NCBI RefSeq assembly: GCF_036321535.1
Contig: NC_087437.1
Span: 106,828,001 to 106,892,000, forward strand
Reading direction: 5' to 3'
Source: Camelus dromedarius
Taxonomy: Eukaryota
DNA: 64,000 nt
In this document: positions 25,850 to 38,930 of the stretch, in pieces
How positions within the stretch are numbered: the stretch's first letter is position 1
Layout: each line of letters starts with the position of its first letter
The notes under the pieces: generated by a model
Told to the model about the DNA's origin: nothing
The model's input: the letters and a program-made list of their open reading frames with translations, nothing else
The model's database searches: none
Position numbers and translations under genes: made by a program

Positions 25850-27936
25850 TTTTCCTTTTTCTAAACTTTTATTTTGAAATAATTATAGATTCACAGGAAG
25901 CTGTAAAAATGGTACAGAGAGGTCCTGTGTATCACCCAGTTTCCCCCATGGTTACATCTTAGGTTACTAAAGTACAACATTAAACTCAGGAAATTGGCCT
26001 TGGTATAAAGTACGTGTGGAGTTATGTGTCACTTTAACATGTGCATAGATTCATGCAACCACTATAGCAAGCAAGGTGCTATTACTTCACCACAAAATAT
26101 TTCCCTCTTAGTCATAAGCACCACCCCCAGCCCACTGTCAATAACCCTGACACCATTCACCTGGTCTCCAGTTTTATAATTTTGTCATTTCAAGACTGTT
26201 ACACGAATGGAATCGTATAGCATTTGACTTTCTGAAATGATCTTTTTTCACTCAGCAGAAGCCCTGGGAAGCCATTCTGGCTTTTGTGTATAGCAGTACA
26301 TTCCTTTTTTATTACTGTGTTGTATTTCACGGTATAGATATAACAAAGTTTGTTTCTTTCACCATTACTTATAGGACATTTTGGTTATTTCCAGCTTTGG
26401 GTGTTTCAAATAAGCTGCTATGAACAATCATGTACTAGTTTTTATATGGACATGAGTACTCATTTCTCTGGAATCAGAGTGCGCCTGCTAGGATATGTCA
26501 GCATTAAGTTCTATTTTAAAAGAAACTGCCAAAATGTTTTCCAAAGTGACTGCACTATTTTGCATTCCCACCAGCAGTGTATGAGAGATTCAGTTTCTAC
26601 ACATCCTTGCCAGCATTTGATATTGTCATTATTTTTCATTTTAGCTGTTTTACTAGGTGTGCAGTGATACTTCATTGTGATCCTAATTTACATTTCCCTT
26701 AGGCTAGTGAGGTTGAACATTTTTTCATGTTCCTATTTGCCATTCATATACCTTCTTCAGTGAAATGTCTCTTCATGTCTTTTATTCATGTTCTAATTGG
26801 ATTCTTTGCTTTTTTACTGTTGAATTTTTGAGAGTTCTTTATAATTTCTAGGTATGAGACCTTTATGAGATAAGTAGTTTGTAAATATTTTCTCCCAGCC
26901 TGAGCTTGTCTTTTCATCCTCTTAAAAGAGTCTTTTGAAAGAGTAAATGTTTTTTATTTTAATGAAGTCCAACCTAGCATTTTTTTTTTCTTAGAGATTG
27001 TGCTTCTGTTATGTCTAAGAACTCTTCACCAAGCCCCAGGTTCTGAAGATTTTCTCCTATGTTTCCTTCTAAAAGATTTATAGTTTTATATTTGACATTT
27101 AAACTTATGATCCATCTTGATTTAATCTTTTATATGGTGCCAGGTTTAGACTGAGGTTCATTTATTTTTCCCATGGATATGCAACTGCGCTAGCACCATT
27201 TATTGAAGACACTGTCCTTCTCCCATTGTATTGCTTTTGCACTTTTGTCAAAAATCAGCTCATGCTGTTTGGAATTATTTCTAGGTTCTGTATATTTTCC
27301 TGCTGTTGGATGGGGTGTTTTATAAATGTGGTTAGATTATCTTAGTTGATGACACTGTTCAGTTCTTATAGACCCATGTTGATTTTCTGTCTAGTTCCAC
27401 TGATTGTTGGTGAAGGATGTTGAGATCTCCAATTATAATTTTGAATTTGTCTTTTTCTCCTTTTAGTTCTGTCAGTTTGGCTCCATATATTTTGCAGCTT
27501 TTCTGCTCTGTCTAGAATTCCCTCTTGGCCTTTGCAGATAGGCATTGGGGTGGGGCTGTGTGTGTGTGTGTGTGTTTTCCTATGATGTTTGGCTGTAGTC
27601 AAATTAGTCAAATTGTTATTGTCTGAAAGCTTTCTCTTTTGCTAGGCTGTCTCTTTCTGGGTCCGGTGGCTGGAGAGACCAGACTTTAGCTGGGGTTTTT
27701 ATTGTCTGCTCGACTGCTGTTTATGGGTTGCTAACTTTTTATCTACAAATCTGGGCGAAATGAGGCAAAAAGAAAACCCAGGGAGCTCATGTTTGTGTTG
27801 TTCTTCAGTCCACGAGGTTCCTAGCTGCTCTGCCTTCGTCTCTTCATCTTTCAGAGTTTTCTTTGTTTTATGTATAACACCTAGGATTTTAAAGTCTTAC
27901 TTAGAGGGAGGAACAGGGAAAAGTACATCTACTCTG
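25850..27936 (-). mobile_element. Ancient L1 (L1MC/L1MD-like) with apparent internal deletions
   Basis: L1 3'UTR and ORF2-end hallmarks (cattcccaccagcagtgtatgagag, gcaccatttattgaaga), then ORF2-start-like and 5'UTR-like segments. Confidence 0.75.
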
Positions 27937-28100
27937 GAAAAATAAAATACTTCAATAAAAGGTATTATTTAAAATTGTGAAGTGATTTTAAAGCACAATA
28001 TATAAACATTTTTATAAAAGAGATAAAAATGGGATAAATATCTTTAAACCCATAGCTTTAATATTACTTGGGTTTTTAGGGAGAAAACACTGTGTCATTG

Positions 28101-28131
<31 letters not shown>

Positions 28132-28180
28132 CATATACATATATATATGTGTATATATACATATATACACATATATATAT
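28101..28180. repeat. Compound (GT)n/(AT)n/(AC)n microsatellite
   Basis: 80 bp of alternating purine-pyrimidine. Confidence 0.9.
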
Positions 28181-28752
28181 CTATCTCCTATGATTCTGAA
28201 CCTTTTCCTATGCATACTAAAAGTGCTCAGAAATCTTTAATACATACAAAAATTAAGCTAAACTTACCCACATTTATTAAACTATTATGGAACTATTACC
28301 CACAAAATTCTTTATCTATAATGAAAGTATTTCCTAAAGGCACCTATCAATTCTTAAATCAAACCTGAAAGGGCATTTCTCTTGGGAGAAGAAAAGAACT
28401 ATTAACTTCTTTTTGATGTTGTTAATTCTTTTTACTTAACTGCTGATTTCTTGGATTATAAAGCATAATTTGGGTAAATATATATGCAAAGACAAATTTC
28501 TGTTTTCAGGAGGCCACTGCAACACCTTTTATGGATTCTACAAAATTTCAGAAGTAATTACCTTTTCATGCTTTTAATAATTTCGTGCGAACTTAGCATT
28601 AAACAAAAGCATTCAGTTTATTGGTTACATATAAGCATCACCAGGCCAAAAAAAAAAAAAAAAATCCATGGGTGTATAAGCAAATTGTTCTTTTTAACTA
28701 TCCATTATAATTATTTATTATAGTGAATGACATTTTTTCAGTCAGTTTGGCC

Positions 28753-28973
28753 CAGGAGTAGGCAGACTATGGCCATGGGCCAAATGGGATCCATTAGTTG
28801 TTTCAGTAAATAAAGTTTTCTCGGCACAAAGCCAAACCCATTTATTGACCTGTTGCTTGACTGCTTTGGTGCTATCCTGTCAAAGTTGAGTCGCTGTGAC
28901 AGAGACCACATGGCCCACAAAGGCTAAAATATTTACCATCTAACCCTTTATAGAAAAAGTATACTGATCTTTG
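28753..28973. mobile_element. MER58A-like hAT MITE
   Basis: ggcagactatggccatgggccaaat...aaataaagtttt...ggcccacaaaggctaaaatatttaccatct. Confidence 0.75.
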
Positions 28974-29255
28974 ATTTAATTCCCTTGTGAATAAATTAAT
29001 GTTGCCTTTCCTTAGATGACTTTTTCTAAAACGTTATGTCACTAATGATACTGTAACAAAGTAAGTGGTAACACAGGCAGGACAATTTGTATTGAAAATC
29101 TAACCTTCAGTGGTATTTGGAAGCTCTTTTAATTCCATTAATCAGAAACTCACAAGAATTGCAAGTTCTGAATATTCTTTTTGATGACCCTCACTAAAAT
29201 TTATTTACTTTAGTGCCTTTCTGATGCTATTTCAAAACAAAAATTACTCATGCTT

Positions 29256-30014
29256 TGTGGTATAATAAAAACAAGTATTTGGTCTTTGTCCCAGGATCCT
29301 GGCACACAGCTTTTAAAACCCTTAGAATCTCTGAAGAGATAAAAGTGTCTTTTGTATGCTAATGAGATGACTGGTGGTTGGGGCCTCCTAAAATAGCTTT
29401 ACGATAAGGGTTGGTCTCCAGAAAGACCAAAGCAGAATTAGAAGGTTGGATTTGTAGTCCCACTTCTCCCCTCCGGGCAAGGAGGCAGGGGCTGGAGATT
29501 GAGCTAATCACCAATGGTCAGTGATTTAATCAATCATGCCTACTCAGAAAACCTCCACAAAACGCCTGCATGATGAAGTTCAGAGAGCTTCCAGGTTGGT
29601 GAACCTGGTGCTGGAAGGGTGGAGTGACTGTAGAGGGCACAGAACCTCTGGAAGCTCCAGGCAACGTCCCTCATACCTTGCCCTGTTCATCTTTTCTACT
29701 TGGCTGTTCCTGAGTTGGTTCCTTATAATCAACTGGTAATAGCAAGTAAAGCTTTTTCCTGAATCCTGTGAGGTGCTCAAGTGATTACTCAAACCCAAAG
29801 GAAGAGGTTGTGGGGAATCCTTGAGTTCTGTAGCCAATTTGGATGGAAGTGTGGGTAACCTGGAGACTCAGTACTCGTGATTGGCATCTGAAATGAGGGC
29901 AGTCTTATGAGACTGAACCCTTAAAGCTGTGCAGTTAGCATCAGAATTACATTGAATTGTAGGACACCCAGTTGAACTGAAAACTGGTTGGTGTCAAGAG
30001 AAAAGACATCCCAC
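29256..30014 (+). mobile_element. MER21-like LTR
   Basis: tgtggtataat...ggtctttgtcccagg...tttgtatgctaatgagatgactggtgg typical of MER21. Confidence 0.7.
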
Positions 30015-33000
30015 TGCTTTCCTCTCCGTCCTCCAAAAATCTTTGTAGATACATGTATACTTATTTAACCCCATGGATGGTTATTGCCCGTTTGCTGAAA
30101 ATTAAAAAAAATTGAACAAAACTATGGATTGAAAATTTATACCAAAATGAGAATTTATAATCGAGATATTAAATATATCTGTAGTGGCGCTAATATGCTA
30201 TGAAACTGTGGTTTATAACAAGGCTGAGAGATAATGTATTTCATTCCATAAATAGCTTTTCATAACTAAAAAAAGATTCTGATAATGCTGCATATGTTCC
30301 AATAATATTTACAACACATTTTAAAGACTCAATACTGCTACACAGCAACTTAAAAATACAGATATCTTGACATGGTTTTACTGCTAAGTGATGTTTAAGG
30401 TAAATAATAAATATGAAAAGAATGCCAGTATCTTATTTCCTTTCTTCTCTGACATGACCAATTTACAAATGCATTTTATAAAACAGCATGATATGAAGGA
30501 CTTATGACTATTTTATGCAGTAATTTAATAACATTATTTACTATTAAATAAAAATTAAAGGCCATAGAGATATTTGATGCCCATGTAAGATTCAGACAGA
30601 ATTATAGAATATTTCCCTTAGGAGAAGTTTTTCAAGTGGATTTAAGAGGTTTTAAAAAGTACATTAAGTGAGAGGTAAAAATTTTAGAAGAGAGAGTTTT
30701 CTGGAAAATAATGACTACAATTTCAAAAGAATAAACGAACTGAGTTCATTTCCTATTATAATGAAAAATAAATCATAAATGCAGCAAAAGCACTTTATCT
30801 TTCTATTAAAGAAGGAAACATTACATAATCCTGTTTATTTCTAATAATCCATAAGTGATGTATTAAAGCAATGAAAAAAATATTCCAGCTGGAGGGCTGA
30901 AAAGTAAAAAGCACATATGAGAAGAACAGAACTTGGCAAAATGCTTCTTCAGACTATTTCATTTGCTCAGTAATTGTTCTTTTGGCCAATGCTTTAAAAT
31001 ATGGGAATACAATATTTTCATGTTCAAAGTCTTCAAAAGCAATATTTTATTCTAAACCAATTGGCCATTTATAAGGTACATAACTTTAGCAAAACCCTGA
31101 CTTACTTAATTTAAAAATGATGCATTTTCCTCCCCATGGCTTCAATAAATCAGTAGAGAAGGTTAAGCATTGAAAAGCAAGCTTACTGGAGTACAGTTTT
31201 CAATATGAAGAATATTTAGTTCTGTCACTTCCATTAATACTAATTAAACCCCAGAACTAAATATATTTATAACTATAACTATATCTATGTATGTATCTAA
31301 ATCTATATCTACCTCTGCTTGACTTAATCTTATTCCTCAGTATAACTCCGTGGCCAAAATTAGACCACTGTGTAAACAAAAAGGAATCTTTAATGTGGAA
31401 ATAGTAGTTTTAAGGAGCATACGGGTACTCTGAGACCCCTGTGAAAACGTTTCCAGAAAAAGCACACCAGCACCAAGAAAGTATAAGACTGCATTCAACT
31501 TCTATTGAATTGAGGTCATTCATCTTCCATCTTATATGGAGTTAAATTTTTATGATTCAGTGAGAGACTTTCAAGAAATCTCTCCATTGCCCAGATGTCA
31601 AAGAGATATACAAAATGAAAATAAAAAATGGTCTTGAATGTGTTGTGAGTGGCAGGGAGACCTGCACAATAACTCTTTATCACTGGAGTTCAATAGTAAA
31701 TGATTTGATTGATGAATAAAGGAAGAATAATTTAAACCCAAAAGTACCCTTTGAGAACTGGTTTGCATTTATCTCCACTGATCAAATTTCCTGAACAAGT
31801 GCCCAGTTCCTATGTTAGATTTGTGAAGTGAGTTCAAAGATCAAATGCATATAATAAATTAATAGTAATATTAATAATAGCAATTAAATGTTTTTTTCCA
31901 GATACATATATATATGATTACATATGAATATAATTAGTTTCTATTTAGGAAAACAGGAATCTGAGTGAAGATTCTCTGAACTAGTGACATGTTCTGTATA
32001 CTGTGTGGATTCAAACGTTGTGATAGGATTAGTTGCCAGTACAGCCTTGAAATAGCACAGCATAGCATATTTTAAGTCAAAATCTAAATGCAGTCATTCA
32101 TGGTTACAGAAGTTTCCAGAGCCTTTTTGTGCAACATGCATGAATGTGATTCATGCCATTGTTTATTTAACAGCAATATTTGAAACAGCAGTATTGACCC
32201 ACACTTAAATCAGTTTAATCTTCCAGTCATGCCCTTGAGATGTTTGATTTATTCCCCAGTCATTATGCTTGCAATTCTAAACAGCTATCACTAGACAGCA
32301 AGTCATTAATTCATTCGTGAAAAATATATTGATTATCTACCATGTGCTAGGCACTATTCTGGGTTCTGGGATACAAGTGTGAGTGATACATGGTATCTGC
32401 CTGCGAGGACTTTAGAGCAATGTATGGGATAGTAAACAAAAAGAGAGATTTTGAAGGTCAACTATCTCCAGGCATAGAAGACTAAGGCAAGAAAACAGTG
32501 AAAGAATTTGATCATATTCAGCAAAAGAGAACATTAAAAAAAATATATATATATATGAATGTGATAAACTAAAGAGAATAATAATGATTTCTTAATACTT
32601 CCTAGTTGCAAATAACAACTACGCAATTTATACTACAGTAATGAGAGCTGCCAGCCCAGACAAGTACATGACTAGGATCAGAAACCTGGGTTAAAAGAAG
32701 AGGGGATTTTACCTATGCTGTGAAAGATGATTTTTTAACTGAAATTTTGAATAATTGCACTTAAAAAATAAAATGAAAGCATTATATTTTATTTAATGAT
32801 CAAAAAAATTTTTAAAACATTTTTTGCAGTTTTTTAAACAATTTATTAATTTATTACATTACATTCACATCACAGAAGCATCCAATAATGCCACCTGAGG
32901 CAAAAGTCTCTCAGTATTTCCATTATAAATTCTATTTACAAGAATTTATAACTTGGTAAAATTCATCCTAAGAAAGCTTGGCAAATAAAGCTTTGAACTG

Positions 33001-36000
33001 GAATTGGTATTTCTTTCTCTACTTTTCCTTCCCCTACTTTATTTATTTTATAACTATCAGTATTCATATTATGTTTTAAGACACTAAAATGACTGATTTT
33101 TTTTCACCTCTCCAATCTTCTTTAAAAAAAGAATTCAAGTTGTAGTCATTTTCACAAATGAAGATATTTATAAACCATGAGGTGGAGAGGCCATCCTTAG
33201 GGAAGCTCCGTACTTTATGTGTTACTAGGAAATTAATCTGTCTTGGATCAATTAAGTCTCTCCAATAAACTGTCATCCTCTTCTACGTCACAGTGTACCC
33301 CACTACCTCAGCTCCATTTTCATTGTGATCAACCAAATCAAATTTCCCAAATTCTTTGATGGCAGGTAAGGGTGAAAGAATCTTCCTATCTACTTGCTGG
33401 GTCTCCGGTTTTCGGCTTAACGTTTTTCCTTCCTGAAGTCACAAGCATCAGGAGAATAATTGGATATCTTTTTGACCCTGAGGATGCTTTTGTGAAATAG
33501 AATCCAAACCAATTGTTTTGCAGGGTGAGAAAACCAAATCCATGAGAGGCTAAAATAAAGATCTAGTTTCATGGCAAAGAATAGAGATCAGTGGTCCCAA
33601 TTTTCACCCCAGAGCTGTTTATATTGCAGTGGGCCTCCCTGCTCACATTCCCTCATCCACTCACCAGACGTTAATGGAGTCTCTTCACTGTGCCAGGGAC
33701 TTTAATAAGCACCAGACATCTGAAGATGAATAAAGTCTCATTGGGAAGCAGAGGAGAGAAAGGATTCCTGGGATGTTTGGGAAATTGAAGCTCTGAGAGC
33801 TGACGACTGATTGAACTGGGTGATCAATGAGAGGCAAGAGTGTGGAATGTCTTCCATGTGGGTGATTGCTCCTTGCTGCACAATACACAGTTCATAAAAA
33901 TGTCCCAAAATGAAGACTATATGAGACATGTAATCATAAACTAAATTTAAGTAGATACAGCCACTGCACACAGGTTTTCTTGCTTTTTGCCTTCTGAACC
34001 TAAAAATGTCCCAATTACTTCTAAATATCATGCTCTCATTTATAATGCTTTGGCCCAGTTCACCTTTTTCAAGTAACCTTTGCTGAAACTTCACACTGAG
34101 CTAATTACCTTAAGTTGCTTATGACGATTACCTTAGACAGAACTTCTTTTTCCTTTCTGTACCTTTTAATCATATTTTAGGTAGAGAAAAAAAATCACAA
34201 GCCAGTTTTTTTTAAAACACTGACTATAAGGATTTCTATTGAAAGTCCATTTGTTGAGATTTAAGTCCTAACAGCATGGAAGATGTAAGAGATTGAATCT
34301 GATTATGAAAATTCAGAGCCCTTAGAGTACTGTGCTTTCCTTTCCATAGACTCCAGCCTGGAGAGTTTCAAATAGATATGGAGACTTACATAGTTATTGA
34401 TTTGGCAGAATTGCAGCCTCCTTTTCAGGCATAGACATTTGAAAATTTAATAGGAATAGAGTGCATGTTGGAGGTTGTAAACCTTTCCAGATTAACTGCT
34501 GAAGCAGGTAACAGACCTCGATGGTGTAATGGACACCTGGCAATGAGCCCACGTGCTGCTAAACCCAGTATTTTCACATGTGGCTCTGCCAACTGCTAGA
34601 ATACACATGACAAGCTGGCCAGTCCACCCAAACAACTGTGATCCTCTTCCTGGACCCTAGCAAGTCCCCGTCCTCTGCCCAGACAAGCCTGCAACTGATC
34701 ACCATCTGCTGAGGAGGTCTCTGTTCTGACATTTATTGTCTGCACACAGCTCTCCCAGCCTAGGGCTGCCCAGACCCAAGATCGGCTGTCTGATCTCACC
34801 TCTCAGAAAGTCTTGCTCACAGTCTTACCTGTGCCAGCCTAGTGTGGTTGATCAGAACTGTCACACTTTGGCTTTCTCATAGGGTCTAGCCTCATATTCA
34901 TTATAATGATTCTTAAAGTCATTCACAAGCGATACATCCTCATCCCTGCGTCAATATCATTTCCTCTCACTGTAGGTGGCTGCCTCTGCGTAACTCCAAG
35001 CAGTTTCTGAGTTTTATGCCTTGTAATGATCCATGAGTGGAAAACTGGTTTCAACCATGCCTCATTCAGTAGATACAATTCCAGACAAGGAATCTGATTT
35101 CTCAGCTGGAGTTGGGGACCCTTCCATAGAACAGTCCACTTGGCCAAGGCCAAGAATGCCACGATTGGCCCAGCTTGGGTCAAATGCCTGTCCCCAGACC
35201 TGTTCTATGTAACCAATGGGGAAACGCTTGGGGGAAATAGAGGTGATCAATTCAGGAGCAGAGGCAAGGCTTTGGCAAATAGTGACACAGACATTCACAC
35301 ACACTATAACTTTGTATAATTGACATTATTAGGATTCCAAGCCCAAGTCTGAGTTGATGTCTGTAAGCTAGAATTATAAAGAATGGACAGCAGGTAGACA
35401 CAAATGCCCCTGAAACTCAGTTCTGTTCATCCTTCAGTATCAGTGGTACCAAAAAGTCAGAAAGGTAACTCTAGACAAGTATGGAGGTGTGAGACTTTGA
35501 GGATTTCTAGTGGCCATCTGTTTTGAAAGACCTCATTTCAAAAAAAAAAAAAATCATTTAATCTCAAGATTGGAGAGAATCTTAAATTACATAATATCAA
35601 ACATGTAAAGATACTGGGTCGCATTTAAGGGACCATGACAGTTGAGAGCTGCTGGAAGATAAAAGAGAAAAGTAAGGCTGGAGAATAAGCAGGGGTTTGG
35701 GGGGGTTCATTAGGAGGGTCTTCAATAATACTGTAAAGAACTTGGCCTTTTTATTGGAGTTTACGAAAAAAATAAAAGCTATAAGCATGGATCAATCTAA
35801 GAGTAATGTGAAGAGTGGATTTGATGGGTACCAGGCTATACTCAGGTGGTCCTATCAAAAGACCATTGTAATCATCTGGACAAAACATGGTGAAAAACTC
35901 AGCATGACAATGAAGTGGGGCAGGGAAGAAGGTGGGAGAGAGAGAGTTCAGAAACACAGCACATAGAACATGGAGGGTCAAGTTAGCAGTGCCTTAAGGT

Positions 36001-37912
36001 CATCAAATTCAAACTCCTAAAGGACCATTATAACTCTGTGGTATCCTCAGTTACCCAGAGCTTTTGGACACTCCCTGTACTTGAAAGTCACGAAGTCTGG
36101 TGGCAACTGATTCCATTATTAATTCCCTGTAAGTGTGACACTTCCATAGATCTAGTTCACCAGATCTCTTATCTTTCTCAAAGAAAGGACCTCTGCAGAG
36201 GGAAAGCTCTGATCTTTCATAGGAAAGAAGGGAAATATTAGGCACAGAAGGTGTCACAGAGCAGGAGATAAACTCTGGTCACCCTCATTGCCTACTGGTC
36301 TGATTTCAACCAAGTGTGCTTTCCAAAGGAGAACATGTTTATAAGAAGCATATGTACTCTTTAATATTGTATTACATAAACTTTTAGCATAATGGGCATG
36401 CACAGATAAGAGGTTTGTTTTATTTGTATAATCAATGAACTCTTAATTGCCCTTCTCTGAAACGAATGTTCTTAAACCTGTGTAAAACATAAATTAAAAA
36501 TAATAGTTTTTGAGTTATTCTTAGATTGCTTCATGCAGTCTGATCTTTTGATCCAAGACTTTGTGCAGTTAGAATCTAATTGGATCAGTTGATGCCCGAG
36601 GTCCCCTCCAGCTCCCCAGTACCACAACTAATGAGCAGAAATTCCACTTTAATAGTAAGCTGCTGCAGGTCAAGAAAGGAAAGCAAGGCAGAGGTGGAAA
36701 TCTCAGCCTAATGAACATTGAAGAAAGATTAGAAGAGAGTTAAAATTCAGTGTGATAATTAATTACAGTCCAGGAAGAACAAAAATCTATGAATATTGGC
36801 TAATTGTAATTTTAGCTACATTTATTCACACAAATCTATCCCGCTACATTACCTCCAATTCTGAGGTGAAAGAGAGTATCTCTTTTCCATAATTCTTATC
36901 TCACTTATTGTCAATTTAAGCAACAATCTCAAGTCTGTGGAGATGTAATAATTATCAAAGTGGTAGTCAATATTTTATGTAAGTAATTATAACTGCATGT
37001 ACTCATGCATATTATCAAGCCAGCTCTTTATTAATTATTTCTACTTTGGAAAGACATAGTTTTGTTTCAAAGATCTTGGCCAAAATGACTAACCCATGAC
37101 ACAATAGTTGGTGTGGAAGATAACTTACATGATTTTTTTTTTTAGAGAAAGTATAAAAGATTGAAAAATCAGACAAATTCTGTGCAATTTTAGGAGCAGC
37201 TATTATAATGTGCTTCAATGTTTCACTGTGTTCTTTGAAATTCTAATGGGCCAAGAGGATACTCACTTTTATAGCCAAGCAACACACAGGGAGAGAATTA
37301 TGCCTGGTTTGAACCATCAGGGTGGTATGACACCACAGTTTTGGTTTTTTTTTTTTATGTCTCAGAAGCTAAATTAATTTCATCCTGTTCCGTCTAATAT
37401 CACAGTCAAAATGGAGGAGGAGTGGCCTGAGAAATGACAGGTCTCTCATGGGGAGAAGACAATTCGCCAATATAAGCTGTGTCATCTGGTGGGATGAGGT
37501 AAACTGTAGTTATTGAAGTTACTTCTACTGCCTGTGTGGACAGGCAGAGTAGCCAACTACGGAGTGAGTCATCATCAGAGAGTAAAGATTCTTCTGCTCA
37601 AATTATTGAGATTGGGCAGAGAGGTAGATCCAACAAGAATAAACATAGCAACAGGGAATGAAGGGGGCCATAATCTTTAGTCCCACGGATCCACCTAAGA
37701 CAGGAGAGTGCTGGCACCAGGCTGCTGCAGAGACAGTGAGAGCTACTGCTTCTCGACATTTCCCAGCTTTCCATGCTTCTGGGAGCGGAGGGGCTGTGTG
37801 ACTGCCCACAACAGAATATTAAAGGAGGGATGCGTCATTTGCTGTCAAGATCAGTTAAGAGTCCATGTTTCTTCAGCTCGGTTCACTACCCTAGCCTGTC
37901 TGTGTGACAGGA

Positions 37913-37978
37913 AGCAAAGGATTCTGGGATGGTGAGCAACGGATTCTGGGATGGTGAGCAAAGGATTCTGGGATGGTG
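37913..37978. repeat. Minisatellite, 3 x 22 bp (agcaaaggattctgggatggtg)
   Basis: Three direct copies with one substitution in the middle copy. Confidence 0.95.
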
Positions 37979-38274
37979 AACCCACAATATGGAAGAAGGC
38001 TAAATCCCTGAGTCATGGCTGGCAAGAGAGCCACACAGGTGAGCTGCTGATGTGCCCAAGAAATAAAATAGAATTGAATGAAGCCGCTGAGATTTCAGGG
38101 TTTGTCTGTTTCTGCAGGATAACCTAATGATCCCAACCAAAGCATCTGTTTTGTGATTCAGAGCACAGGGTGTGGAGTCAGCATACCAATGTGTAAATCT
38201 AGTTTCTGCCAGTAATGAGCTCTGTGAGTAGATGTCTCCACCCTTCAGTTTTAGGGGCAATATATATGTATATT

Positions 38275-38930
38275 AAAAATTGAAGTATATTTGATTTACA
38301 ATGTTGCATTAGTTTCTGGTGTACAGCATACTGATTCAGTTATACATGTACTTTATCATATAGGTTATTACAAGATATTAAATATAGTTCCCTGTGCTAA
38401 ACAGTAGGACCTTGTTGTTTGTCTATTTTATATATATAGTAGTTAGCATCTGCAAATCCCAAACTCCTAATTTATCCCTCCCCCTTCCCCTTGCCTTCCC
38501 TGCTGTTAACAATAAGTTTGTTTTCTTTGTCTGTGAGTCTGTTTCTGTCTTGTAACTAAGTTCATTTGTGCCATTTTTTAAAATTCCACATGTAATTGAT
38601 ATCATATGATATTTGTCTCTTTAAGTCCATCCATGTTACTACAAATGTGATTATTTCATTCTTTTTTATGGCTGAGTAATATTCGTGTGTGTGTGTGTGT
38701 GTGTGTGTGTGTACACACATACACCACATCTTCTTTATCCAATCATCTGTCAATGGACATTTAAGTTGCTTCCGTGTCTTGACTATGGTAAATAATGCTG
38801 CTATGAACACTGGGGTGTGTGTATGTTTTTGAATTAGAGTTTCCTCTGGATATATGCCCAGAAGTGGGACTGCTGGTAAGTTTATTTTCAGTTTTTAAAA
38901 GGAATCTCCATACTGTTTTCCATAGTGTTG
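38275..38930 (-). mobile_element. L1 3' end (artiodactyl/camelid type) containing a (GT)n expansion
   Basis: tgaagtatatttgatttacaatgttg...ctgtgagtctgtttctg...gctgctatgaacactggggtg...ggatatatgcccagaagtggga. Confidence 0.85.
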
